Source: Myxococcota bacterium
Lineage (GTDB): Bacteria; UBA10199; JACPAL01; GCA-016699445
Assembly (NCBI GenBank): GCA_052033505.1
Contig: JBPOJN010000002.1
Location: forward strand, 7,769 to 71,768
Reading direction: 5' to 3'
DNA: 64,000 bases
Position 1 is the first letter of the stretch, and the number at the start of each line of letters is the position of its first letter. Made by a program: the position numbers and the translations under genes. Below the pieces are notes generated by a model. It did no database searches, had not been told where the DNA came from, and was given only the letters and a program-made list of their open reading frames with translations. Shown in pieces: positions 56,183-64,000 of this stretch.

Positions 56183-58149
56183 TGATGCCCCTAACCGAAG
56201 AAAACATAGCCTCCATCGGTGCCGACGAAGAATCCCGCTGGCGGGACACGCACCAAGCGGTCATCGCCGAAATCCGGCGCACGACGCTGGACTACGAAGG
56301 CGACCGCCAGCTCGCGCGCGATTTGACCTCCCAGATCGTGGCGGCGACGCGCGACGAGGATAAGGCGGCACTGGCTTCCGACGAAGCCGTGGCTCATGGA
56401 TTGACGGCGCTCCGAAAAGACAAGACAGTCGGCCTCGACAGCTTGGTCGAAGCCCCGTATTTCGCGCGCGTCGTGACCGACGAAATTACCGAAGATGGCG
56501 AGAGCAAGTCCGTGGAGTTCCGACTCGGCACTGCGAGCTTCCCGGCCCAGCGCATCATCGACTGGCGGAAAGCCCCGATCAGCAAACTTTATTACGACTA
56601 CAAAGAAGGCGACGATTTCTCCGAAACGATCCAGGGCCGCGAGCGCGAGGGATTGATCAAACTCAGGCGTTCTTTCCACGGGAAGCGCGAAAACCTGCAA
56701 ATCATCGAAACCGCGCAGGGCACGATCGCCAAGCAGAACAACACGTGGAAGCTGAAAGACAAAGGCGAACCGATGTCGCGCACGTCGGGCCACGACGGAC
56801 ACCTGCCGCCGATCCTGTCGCTCATCACCGCGGAGCAGTTCGAACTCATCACGAAAGACGCGCGAAAGCCCATTGTGATCCAGGGCATCGCCGGCAGCGG
56901 CAAAACGACCGTCGCGTTACATCGGCTCGCGTGGTTGCTTCATGAAGATAATTCCAACGCCAAGGCCGAAAAATGCCTCGTCGTCATGCAGAGCCCGTCT
57001 CTGAAAGCCTATGTCGAAACCACGTTGCCGGAGCTGAAAGTCCCCGGCGTGCCGATCCGCACGTTTTCACAGTGGGCAGCGCGGTTGGTCACGGAACTCG
57101 TCGGCGCGCGTCCTTCCGGCATCCTCGAAAAAACCGTCGACCTTGAGCGTTTCAAATCTTCGGTCATCTGCCTCAAACTCATGAATCAATACGTCGAGGC
57201 GCATCCCGACCGGGATCTGACGGATTGGACCAAGGACTTGTTCCGCTTCTTCGAATTCGCCGCCGCCCAGGATATTTTCTGGCCGCGTTGGTCGGAAGTG
57301 CAACGGCAATTGAAAGACCAGATCGCCAAGCGCATCTGCGATGAGCAGGACGATGCCTTGTTGTTGCATCTGATCTATCTCGAAAAGGGATACTACCCCG
57401 TCAAAACGGACGCGAGTCTGGGCGTCTGCGACCACGTCGTAATCGACGAGGCCCAAGACTTCGGTTTGGTGGAGATCAAGGCGTTACTCAACGCCGTCGA
57501 CCAGAAGCGCACGGTCACGATCGTCGGCGACATCGCGCAGAAAATCGTCGCGGGACGGAATTTCGAAAGCTGGGAAGAAGTCTTGCGAGACGCCGGTTTC
57601 GAGAACACGACGCCGCTGGAGCTCACCGTCTCTTACCGCACCACGCGCGAGATCATGCAGTTGGCCGCCAAACTCAGGACGGGATCCCAAAAACTCCCGA
57701 CGAACGCGCAACAAGCCCGCAGCGGTCCAATCCCGGGTTATTTCAAGACGAATTCCGAAGCGGCTCTACCGAACATCATTGCGAGCTGGATTCAGGCGCG
57801 CCAGGCCGAAAATCCCGGCGCGTTGTCCGCCGTCGTGTGCCGCCATCCGAAGGAAGCTGAGACCCTCACGCAGGAATTGCGCAAATTAGGTTTGCCTTCG
57901 GTGCGTTTCGGCCATCGCGAGCAATTCGATTTTTCGCCGGGAGTCGTGATTACGAGCATTCACCAGGTCAAAGGCTTGGAGTTCCGCAATGTGCTCGTCG
58001 TCGAACCGTCCGAGGAAAATTATCCTTCGGATGACGAAGGCCGCAATCTCCTGTATGTTGCGACGACGCGGGCCGAAGTCAGGCTCGATTTCGCGGGTAC
58101 CCAAGCCCCGATGTCGCTCTTGCCCGTCTTGCCTAAAGGAGCTTTTTGA
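56182..58149 (+). CDS. helD: UvrD/REP superfamily 1 helicase, HelD-like (RNA-polymerase-associated helicase IV family).
   Basis: Walker A IVIQGIAGSGKTTVALHRL, motif II HVVIDEAQDF, …VSYRTTREI… and motif VI TSIHQVKGLEFRNVLVV are present. The N-terminal region contains a HelD-like PYFARV element. Its ATG overlaps the upstream TGA (TGATG). Confidence 0.65.
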   Translation: MMPLTEENIASIGADEESRWRDTHQAVIAEIRRTTLDYEGDRQLARDLTSQIVAATRDEDKAALASDEAVAHGLTALRKDKTVGLDSLVEAPYFARVVTDEITEDGESKSVEFRLGTASFPAQRIIDWRKAPISKLYYDYKEGDDFSETIQGREREGLIKLRRSFHGKRENLQIIETAQGTIAKQNNTWKLKDKGEPMSRTSGHDGHLPPILSLITAEQFELITKDARKPIVIQGIAGSGKTTVALHRLAWLLHEDNSNAKAEKCLVVMQSPSLKAYVETTLPELKVPGVPIRTFSQWAARLVTELVGARPSGILEKTVDLERFKSSVICLKLMNQYVEAHPDRDLTDWTKDLFRFFEFAAAQDIFWPRWSEVQRQLKDQIAKRICDEQDDALLLHLIYLEKGYYPVKTDASLGVCDHVVIDEAQDFGLVEIKALLNAVDQKRTVTIVGDIAQKIVAGRNFESWEEVLRDAGFENTTPLELTVSYRTTREIMQLAAKLRTGSQKLPTNAQQARSGPIPGYFKTNSEAALPNIIASWIQARQAENPGALSAVVCRHPKEAETLTQELRKLGLPSVRFGHREQFDFSPGVVITSIHQVKGLEFRNVLVVEPSEENYPSDDEGRNLLYVATTRAEVRLDFAGTQAPMSLLPVLPKGAF

Positions 58150-59399
58150 TGGCGCATCCGTTTTTCTGGGTCTTCGTCGTTCTCTTCTCACTGCATCAGC
58201 TCTGGGAGGCGGCGTTGACGCTCTTGAACCGCCGTGAGATGGAGAAAAACCGCGGCCAAACCCCGGAGTTCTTTCGGGATAAAATCGACCCGGAACGCTA
58301 CCAAAAAAGCATCGACTACAACCTGGAAAAAAGCCGTTTCGGTCTCTCCATGCGTGTCTACGATATCGGGATCGTCATCGCGATCATTGCGAGCGGAATC
58401 TTAGGCGATCTCGATATTTGGATGTCTCCATGGGGTTTACCCGGCATCCTGCATTCCGTCGTTTATTGCGGGTTGGTGGCGCTGGGCGTAATGATCTTGA
58501 AACTCCCGGTCTCGCTTTATTCTCATTTCGTGATCGAAGAAAAATACGGCTTCAATAAAATGACCGCACGGACTTTCGTCGTCGATCTCCTGAAAAGTTT
58601 GGCCCTGGGTTCGGTTCTGGGCGGCGCAGTGCTCGCGCTGGTGTTTTGGCTCTACGCCCAAGCCGGGGATTTCTGGTGGCTTTGGGCCTTCGGCGCCGTT
58701 TACGGTTTCGAGTTCCTAATGGCTGCGGTCTATCCGACGCTGCTCGCGCCGATTTTCAATAAGTTCGTGCCGCTCCCCGACGGGAGTTTAAAAGACGCCA
58801 TCACCGCACTCGCGCGTAAGATTGATTTTAAAATGTCGGGAGTCTTCACGATCGACGGCTCGAAACGCTCAGCTCATTCGAACGCGTATTTCGCGGGCAT
58901 GGGCCGCATGCGCCGCATTGTTCTCTTTGATACACTTCAAAAGCAGCTCTCAGAGCGAGAAATCATCGCGGTCTTGGGCCACGAGATGGGGCACAATAAG
59001 CTCAAACACATCCAAAAACAATTGGCCTTGGGCCTCTTCGTGTCGTTCGCCAGTTTTTGGGTCTTATCCTTACTCATGACGTGGCCGCCCTTTTTCGAAA
59101 CCTTCGGTGCCGGAGCGCCCGCGCCGCATAAGGCTCTGGTGATCTTCGCGCTCTTCAGTGGCCACTTCACCTTCGCGATGACGGCCGTGACCAATGCGCT
59201 CTCGCGCCGCTACGAATACGCCTCCGACCGTTTCTCCGTGGAGGTCGTGAAAGATCCCGAGGCGATGATCTCGTCGCTCGTCGCCTTAAGCCGCGAAAAC
59301 CTCTCAAATCTCACACCGCATCCGTGGTTCAGCGCCTATCATTACACGCACCCGACGACGCTGGAACGGGTAGCGGCGATTCAACGGCAGGCTTCCTAA
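58146..59399 (+). CDS. M48 family (Ste24/CAAX prenyl protease-like) integral membrane zinc metalloprotease.
   Basis: Has multiple TM helices, the HExxH motif (VLGHEMGHNKLKH) and the Ste24-type C-terminal motif …HPWFSAYHYTHPTTLERV. Its ATG overlaps the helD stop (ATGA). Confidence 0.8.
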   Translation: MMAHPFFWVFVVLFSLHQLWEAALTLLNRREMEKNRGQTPEFFRDKIDPERYQKSIDYNLEKSRFGLSMRVYDIGIVIAIIASGILGDLDIWMSPWGLPGILHSVVYCGLVALGVMILKLPVSLYSHFVIEEKYGFNKMTARTFVVDLLKSLALGSVLGGAVLALVFWLYAQAGDFWWLWAFGAVYGFEFLMAAVYPTLLAPIFNKFVPLPDGSLKDAITALARKIDFKMSGVFTIDGSKRSAHSNAYFAGMGRMRRIVLFDTLQKQLSEREIIAVLGHEMGHNKLKHIQKQLALGLFVSFASFWVLSLLMTWPPFFETFGAGAPAPHKALVIFALFSGHFTFAMTAVTNALSRRYEYASDRFSVEVVKDPEAMISSLVALSRENLSNLTPHPWFSAYHYTHPTTLERVAAIQRQAS

Positions 59400-59415
59400 A
59401 CATTGGGGGGAACTC

Positions 59416-60942
59416 ATGCGCAAAATTCCGGCGACCATGGCAACGCAGCATCCGGACAACGCGAACGCGCCGTATTGGAGCGACACGCCCTTCGTTTCGA
59501 CCGGGGACGAGGTCGAGGAATGTTACCGCGTGTTTTCGGACTTGGGATGCGACGAATATATGTGGGACTGGGAAGGGAAGTTCGTCGACGAGGCCGTCGT
59601 CGACCGGCTCTTCAACAAATACGAATCTTACTTCCGTAAACATCAGTTGGGCCGAGACAAGTTCTTAACCTTCCGCGTGCCCAATATCTGGAAAGAAAGC
59701 GGCTTTCGGCTCGCGCGTTCGTACATGACGATCATCACGGCGGCTCATACGGCGGCCGAGTACGGCATGCACACGCAGCCGATCTTCGAAGTCATCTTGC
59801 CTATGACGACGGAGGCTAAACAGCTGATCGCCATATTGGAAAAATACCGGAATGCGCTCAAATACGAGCGCGCGATCTTCGAGAAACCCGTGGCCGGGGA
59901 CGGAACGCTCGAAATGATCCCGCTGATCGAAGGCAGCGCGACGTTGTTACACTCTAAAAAAATCCTGAAGGACTACGTCGTGCGCTACCAAAAACTCTGG
60001 AAGCGGAAACTGCCTTATCTCAGGCCGTTCATCGCGCGTTCCGATCCGGCGCTGGACGCGGGCTTCGTTCCCGCGGTGCTTTCCGCGCGCGGCGCGATCT
60101 CCGAGTATTATCGATTCGAGGAAGAATCGGGGATCCCCGTCTATCCGATCATCGGCGTTGGCAGTCCTTTGTTCCGCGGCGGACTTTCGCCCGTGAATAT
60201 TGATTCTTTTTTGGAGAACTACGCCGGCGTGCGTACCGTCACGATCCAATCGGCGTTCCGTTATGACTACCCGATGGCTCAGGTCAAAAAGGCGATGGCG
60301 CGCTTGAACCGTGAGTTGCCTCGGAGGCGTCCGTCGCGTTTCACCGAATCGCAGATTCGCGAGATCTTGAAATTTTCCGAACATTTCGCCGCGCACTACC
60401 GGCCCGTAGTGATGAAGCTCTCTCCCGTGATCAACGATCTCGCGCGGTTTATACCGTCTCACCGGGAGCGCATCCCACATACGGGACATTTCGGTTATTC
60501 GCGCCAAATGAATTCCAAGGCTGGCCAGAAAATCAGTCTGCCGCGCGCGATCTCTTTCGTGGCGACCCTGGCTTCGCTGGGTATTCCTCCGTCGATCTTG
60601 GGCACCGGGCGGGGATTGAAGACCCTCCTTAAATCCGGCGTGACGGAGAAAAAAATATTCGGGTACCTGCCGACGCTCCTCGAAGACTTGAGCCGTATCG
60701 GTGCGTACCTCAATTGGGAAAACCTGAAATTCCTGATACGGAAAAATCCCGATTGGAAACCCGTGCTCGAAGACGTGAAGTTCTTGGAGGAATTTTTAGG
60801 GCGGCGTTTGGGACCTCAGACGCACGAGGAATACATCCATCGTAACCTGACTTCGAACATCTACCATTACTGGCAGCGCGGCGAAGAGGACGTACGTGGG
60901 GCCATTCTGCAGGCCGCGCGCGTCCGGAGGAGCTTGGGATGA
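59416..60942 (+). CDS. ppcA: Archaeal-type phosphoenolpyruvate carboxylase (PEPcase type 2).
   Basis: MRKIPATMATQHPDNANAPYW… matches the distinctive N-terminus of archaeal-type PEPC (IP..M.TQHPDN). The length (~510 aa) also fits. Confidence 0.75.
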   Translation: MRKIPATMATQHPDNANAPYWSDTPFVSTGDEVEECYRVFSDLGCDEYMWDWEGKFVDEAVVDRLFNKYESYFRKHQLGRDKFLTFRVPNIWKESGFRLARSYMTIITAAHTAAEYGMHTQPIFEVILPMTTEAKQLIAILEKYRNALKYERAIFEKPVAGDGTLEMIPLIEGSATLLHSKKILKDYVVRYQKLWKRKLPYLRPFIARSDPALDAGFVPAVLSARGAISEYYRFEEESGIPVYPIIGVGSPLFRGGLSPVNIDSFLENYAGVRTVTIQSAFRYDYPMAQVKKAMARLNRELPRRRPSRFTESQIREILKFSEHFAAHYRPVVMKLSPVINDLARFIPSHRERIPHTGHFGYSRQMNSKAGQKISLPRAISFVATLASLGIPPSILGTGRGLKTLLKSGVTEKKIFGYLPTLLEDLSRIGAYLNWENLKFLIRKNPDWKPVLEDVKFLEEFLGRRLGPQTHEEYIHRNLTSNIYHYWQRGEEDVRGAILQAARVRRSLG

Positions 60943-61304
60943 CGGCACGAGTTTTTTCCCTGGGGGGATGGGCCTTGCTTCTGCCGCTTTTGTTCGGGTC
61001 CCTCGCTTTGGCTTCGGAAAAGCCCGTGTGTCCTTCGGTGCTCTTGGTTTCGAAAAAAGACGTCAGCCTCCTGGACGAGGAAGGGCTTCCGGATTTACGC
61101 CTCTTTTTTGAAACTTTTCCAGAAACTCCCCGGGAAATTCGCGGTCCGGAAAAGATCCGCGCGAAGTTATTGTACAAAGGCGAAACTCCTTCCGTGCGGG
61201 AAATATCGGTCGGAGAGACGATTTGGATTTATGATTGCATGTATCGGCTCAAAAAAACGGAATCGCGGGGGCTTTTCTTGGAAAAAATCCTCCGGCTGGA
61301 GTAA
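60939..61304 (+). CDS. Small secreted protein of unknown function (121 aa).
   Basis: Its ATG overlaps the ppcA stop (ATGA). The N-terminal signal peptide is MTARVFSLGGWALLLPLLFGSLALA. Confidence 0.5.
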   Translation: MTARVFSLGGWALLLPLLFGSLALASEKPVCPSVLLVSKKDVSLLDEEGLPDLRLFFETFPETPREIRGPEKIRAKLLYKGETPSVREISVGETIWIYDCMYRLKKTESRGLFLEKILRLE

Positions 61305-61307
61305 GAT

Positions 61308-61727
61308 ATGAACTCAAAATTCCCTGTCAAAACAGACATCATTGTGCGCTTCGCCGACGTCGACGTCATGGGGCACGTCAATAACGCCGTCTATCTCTCG
61401 TATTTCGAGCAGGCTCGCGTCGCGTTTTTCAAAAAGATTAACAAACTCGACCTGCGTTACATGGACGCGAAGTCGGCCTTCGGTTTCATCGTGGCCGAGA
61501 TAGGCGTTAAATTTTTGGCCCCGACCTTCGTCGATCAGTCTTTGGTGGTCGCGATTCGCGTGGCCGAAATTCGCACGAAAGCCTTCCGTTTCGAATATGA
61601 GATCCGCGATAAAAAAACAAAAGCCTTGGTCGCGACCGGATTTTCGGTACAGGTCTCGTATAATTACAAGATCCACAAAACTTTTCCGCTCCCTGTGAGC
61701 CTCTGCCGGAAAATGGCGTCTTTGTAG
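61308..61727 (+). CDS. Acyl-CoA thioesterase, hotdog fold (YbgC/4HBT family).
   Basis: …IVRFADVDVMGHVNNAVYLSYFEQARVAFF… is the 4HBT catalytic signature. Length is 139 aa. Confidence 0.85.
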   Translation: MNSKFPVKTDIIVRFADVDVMGHVNNAVYLSYFEQARVAFFKKINKLDLRYMDAKSAFGFIVAEIGVKFLAPTFVDQSLVVAIRVAEIRTKAFRFEYEIRDKKTKALVATGFSVQVSYNYKIHKTFPLPVSLCRKMASL

Positions 61728-61763
61728 CGTGGAAATTAGGAAATCCGGTGCATTTGTGGCACA

Positions 61764-62759
61764 ATGGAACGCGTGCACATCGGTATCCCCAAAGAAACGA
61801 AGCCTTTTGAAAACCGCGTCGCGATGACGCCGCGGGGCGTGGCGGTCTTGGTTGCGGCGGGAGCGCGCGTGGCCGTGCAAAAAAACGCGGGGCTGGGTTC
61901 GGGTTTTCCGGACGGTCTTTACCGCCAAGCCGGAGCGAAGATCGTGACGACCGCCTCTCAGGCTTGGGAGGCTGATTTAGTACTCAAGGTCAAAGAGCCT
62001 CAAGCACCTGAATTCCGCTTTTTCCGTCCTTCTCTGACACTCTTCACTTTCTTGCATTTGGCCGCCTGTCCTTTGCTCGCCAGGGCCTTGGAGCGCAAAA
62101 AAGTCGCCGCCATCGCCTATGAGGACGTCACGGACGCGCAAGGAGGTTTTCCGATCTTGGCGCCGATGAGCGAAATCGCGGGGTGCCTGTCCACTGTGAT
62201 CGGAGCGAACTATTTGCGTCGGGATTTGGGGGGGAAAGGCACGCTTCTGCCCGCGATCGGCCGGGGTGGGACGGGGCACGTGACGATCTTGGGCGCGGGG
62301 AACGTCGGTACGAACGCTCTGCGGGTGGCCCACGGCATGGGTGCGTCGGTTACGGTCTTCGACAAAAATCCGATGCGTCTTAAAGTTTTGCAAAACGAAT
62401 ATACGGAGCGTCTTCAACCCCTGAACGACGCGCTCGAATTGCCCGAAGTGATCCGAAGGACGGACCTTTTGATCGGTGCCGTACTTCTGCCGGGCCGCGC
62501 GGCCCCTGAGGTCGTTTCCGAAGCGATGGTGAAAAGCATGGAAGCGGGCTCGGTCATTGTGGACGTGGCGATCGATCAAGGTGGATGCGTGGCGACCAGC
62601 CGCGCGACGACGATCCGTAAACCCATTTTTTTGAAACACGGGGTCCTGCATTACGGCGTCACGAACATCCCTTCGCTCGTGCCGCGCACCGCGACGGAGG
62701 CCCTATCGCGCGCGACGCTGCCGTACGTCCTCAAACTCATCGCCGGAGAAAAATTTTAG
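61764..62759 (+). CDS. ald: Alanine dehydrogenase / PNT-alpha family NAD(H)-dependent dehydrogenase.
   Basis: …VHIGIPKETKPFENRVAMTPRGVAVLVAAGARVAVQKNAGLGSGFPDGLYRQAGAKIV…ADLVLKVKEP is collinear with the Ald N-domain. The Rossmann motif is ILGAGNVGTNA. At 331 aa it is somewhat shorter than typical Ald. Confidence 0.8.
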   Translation: MERVHIGIPKETKPFENRVAMTPRGVAVLVAAGARVAVQKNAGLGSGFPDGLYRQAGAKIVTTASQAWEADLVLKVKEPQAPEFRFFRPSLTLFTFLHLAACPLLARALERKKVAAIAYEDVTDAQGGFPILAPMSEIAGCLSTVIGANYLRRDLGGKGTLLPAIGRGGTGHVTILGAGNVGTNALRVAHGMGASVTVFDKNPMRLKVLQNEYTERLQPLNDALELPEVIRRTDLLIGAVLLPGRAAPEVVSEAMVKSMEAGSVIVDVAIDQGGCVATSRATTIRKPIFLKHGVLHYGVTNIPSLVPRTATEALSRATLPYVLKLIAGEKF

Positions 62760-63094
62760 ATTTTGAAAATACGCTCTGGAAACGCCGCATTTTGCTTTTG
62801 GAGAAGCGGCTCGAGGGCCGTCTGGAAGTTTTTTTTCAAGTCCCGCAGCGAAATTCCCAGGCAGGAATCCGGCAGTAACGCCAATTTTTCACAAGCCATC
62901 TTATGCATTTTAAGTGCCCCGCCCGGGATGCCGCTTTGCCATTTGAGGAAGGCCACGGCGATTTGTATCAAGGCCTGGAGGCAGCGTTTCTCCGTCCCGT
63001 CGGCGTCGTTCCAGGCCTGCTCCCAGACGTCGTGCGCCTCGAAATAAAGGCCTTCGTTGAAGAGGGAAACGCCTTTGAGAAAAAGGTCCTTCAT
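62756..63094 (-). CDS. DUF309 domain protein.
   Basis: …GVSLFNEGLYFEAHDVWEQAWN… is the DUF309 signature (FNxGxYFEAHExxEExW). Length is 112 aa. Confidence 0.7.
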   Translation of the reverse strand: MKDLFLKGVSLFNEGLYFEAHDVWEQAWNDADGTEKRCLQALIQIAVAFLKWQSGIPGGALKMHKMACEKLALLPDSCLGISLRDLKKNFQTALEPLLQKQNAAFPERIFKI

Positions 63095-63879
63095 GGCCGT
63101 GGAGGCGTTTGCCCGAAAAGCTCGGTCGCGGCGGCCACGGCTTCTTGGGTACCGGCCAATACTAAGACGTCGCCGGATTGCAAGACCTCATGCGCCGTGG
63201 AGGCGGTAAGTCCGTGGCCTTTTCGTACGATCGCCAGGACGGTAGCGCCGGTCAAGCCGCGTACGTTCAATTGTGCGAGCGTCCGTCCGAGTGACGGGCT
63301 TTCCGGCGTTAATTTTAAAGGCGTCGGCTCCCCCAAGCCGGGCAGGATTTTTTGGATCAACCCTAAGTCGGCGCCTTCCAGGCCCGCACTCTGGGACTGC
63401 GAGGCCAGCGCTTCGATGATCATTTCCGAACCCGCGCGCACGTGACCCTGGAGATTGTTTGCGCCTCTCCAAAAAGCGACGAAGAGCAAAAGGGTGAGGA
63501 GCAGTAAAACGGTCAAAGCGGCCGCGCCCGAAAATCCCGGCAGGAAAGGCTGGGTCAACGCGAGTAAAGGGCTTCCCACGACGAACACGACCGCGAGCTG
63601 CAGGCCGGCGACTAAGGCTTTACGCGGAGCGGCCGCCAAATCGGCTTGGCCGTCTTCCGTTTTCGGCAAGGCGGATTCGGCGAGCGTCCGTCCCAGACGC
63701 CGCGCCACGCGGAAGATGCCGACGGCGAAAGGCGCCATGAGGACGCCTAACAAGGCGATCAAGGACAGCCGCGCCATCGCCGGCGAGAGATGTGCCCGCG
63801 TCATGAAAAAATTCATGATGCGTCCCGCGTACAGCGTCGTCGTGATCACGATGGCGATCAAGAACGCCGCGTCGGCCAT
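63091..63879 (-). CDS. Membrane protein with a C-terminal TrkA-C (RCK_C) regulatory domain.
   Basis: Several TM helices followed by …TLAQLNVRGLTGATVLAIVRKGHGLTASTAHEVLQSGDVLVLAGTQEAV (TrkA-C). The N-terminus near the window end is uncertain. Confidence 0.6.
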   Translation of the reverse strand: MADAAFLIAIVITTTLYAGRIMNFFMTRAHLSPAMARLSLIALLGVLMAPFAVGIFRVARRLGRTLAESALPKTEDGQADLAAAPRKALVAGLQLAVVFVVGSPLLALTQPFLPGFSGAAALTVLLLLTLLLFVAFWRGANNLQGHVRAGSEMIIEALASQSQSAGLEGADLGLIQKILPGLGEPTPLKLTPESPSLGRTLAQLNVRGLTGATVLAIVRKGHGLTASTAHEVLQSGDVLVLAGTQEAVAAATELFGQTPPRP

Positions 63880-64000
63880 GAGAAGCTTGACCAGGCGCCG
63901 GACGACCGTGCCTGAAGTCTGGCGGCTCGGAGACGACCGGATCTGTTCGATCCAGCTTCCGTATAAAGCCGCGAAGGTTTGCAGGGAACGCGGCAGTTTG

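Noticed and set aside
1-64000. Search for CRISPR arrays, IS elements, integrases and rRNA.
   Set aside because: No regularly spaced direct repeats were seen, and no ORF has a recognisable transposase (DDE), recombinase (tyrosine/serine) or rRNA-like sequence. The window appears free of classical mobile elements.

Overview
This is a 64 kb window from a high-GC (roughly 60%) Gram-negative bacterial chromosome, with about 58 protein-coding genes, one tRNA-Glu and no rRNA, CRISPR array, transposase or integrase. Delta-60-type repeats and MopE/myxococcal-type Cys-rich repeats suggest a deltaproteobacterium-like lineage (Myxococcota/Bdellovibrionota-like); this is inference only.

Layout of the window:
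- 0.3-14.9 kb: an accessory block of secreted and surface proteins. It holds a 1419-aa internally duplicated membrane protein, a Cys/Asp-rich repeat lipoprotein, two tandem heparinase II/III-like lyase paralogs, a delta-60-repeat lipoprotein and a 538-aa lipoprotein.
- 14.9-20.8 kb: ilvE, an MFS transporter, and an 857-aa metallophosphoesterase with a Pro/Ser-rich N-terminus.
- 20.8-28.8 kb: tRNA-Glu(CUC), then a dinB (Pol IV) gene flanked by two unrecognised proteins, a secreted HExxH protein, an SRPBCC protein, a HigB/HigA-type toxin-antitoxin pair and an MFS transporter.
- 29-41 kb: an outer-membrane protein, a PP2C phosphatase with a novel N-terminal domain, metG, holB, tmk, a RES-Xre (MbcT/MbcA-like) toxin-antitoxin pair beside a strikingly AT-rich promoter island, FKBP, PBP4, DsbA and an aldo-keto reductase (AKR).
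- 41-48.5 kb: a Fur-family regulator with a putative metal-handling trio (His-rich lipoprotein, OMP, Cys-rich periplasmic protein), then hemJ, typA, hemN and hemE.
- 48.5-56.2 kb: thrH followed by a lower-GC (about 45-50%) glycan-type island. The island holds a GT4 glycosyltransferase, two SAM methyltransferases, a Wzx-type flippase with a poly-G9 tract at its 5' end, a coiled-coil lipoprotein, and a radical-SAM/SPASM enzyme whose stop overlaps the start of a secreted 304-aa protein.
- 56.2-63.9 kb: a chain of genes with overlapping stop/start codons comprising a HelD-like helicase, a Ste24/M48 peptidase, an archaeal-type PEP carboxylase, a small secreted protein and a hotdog thioesterase, followed by alanine dehydrogenase, DUF309 and a TrkA-C protein.

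The best candidates for a novel system are the rSAM/SPASM plus coupled secreted protein inside the low-GC glycan island, and the dinB cassette with two unknown partners next to tRNA-Glu.
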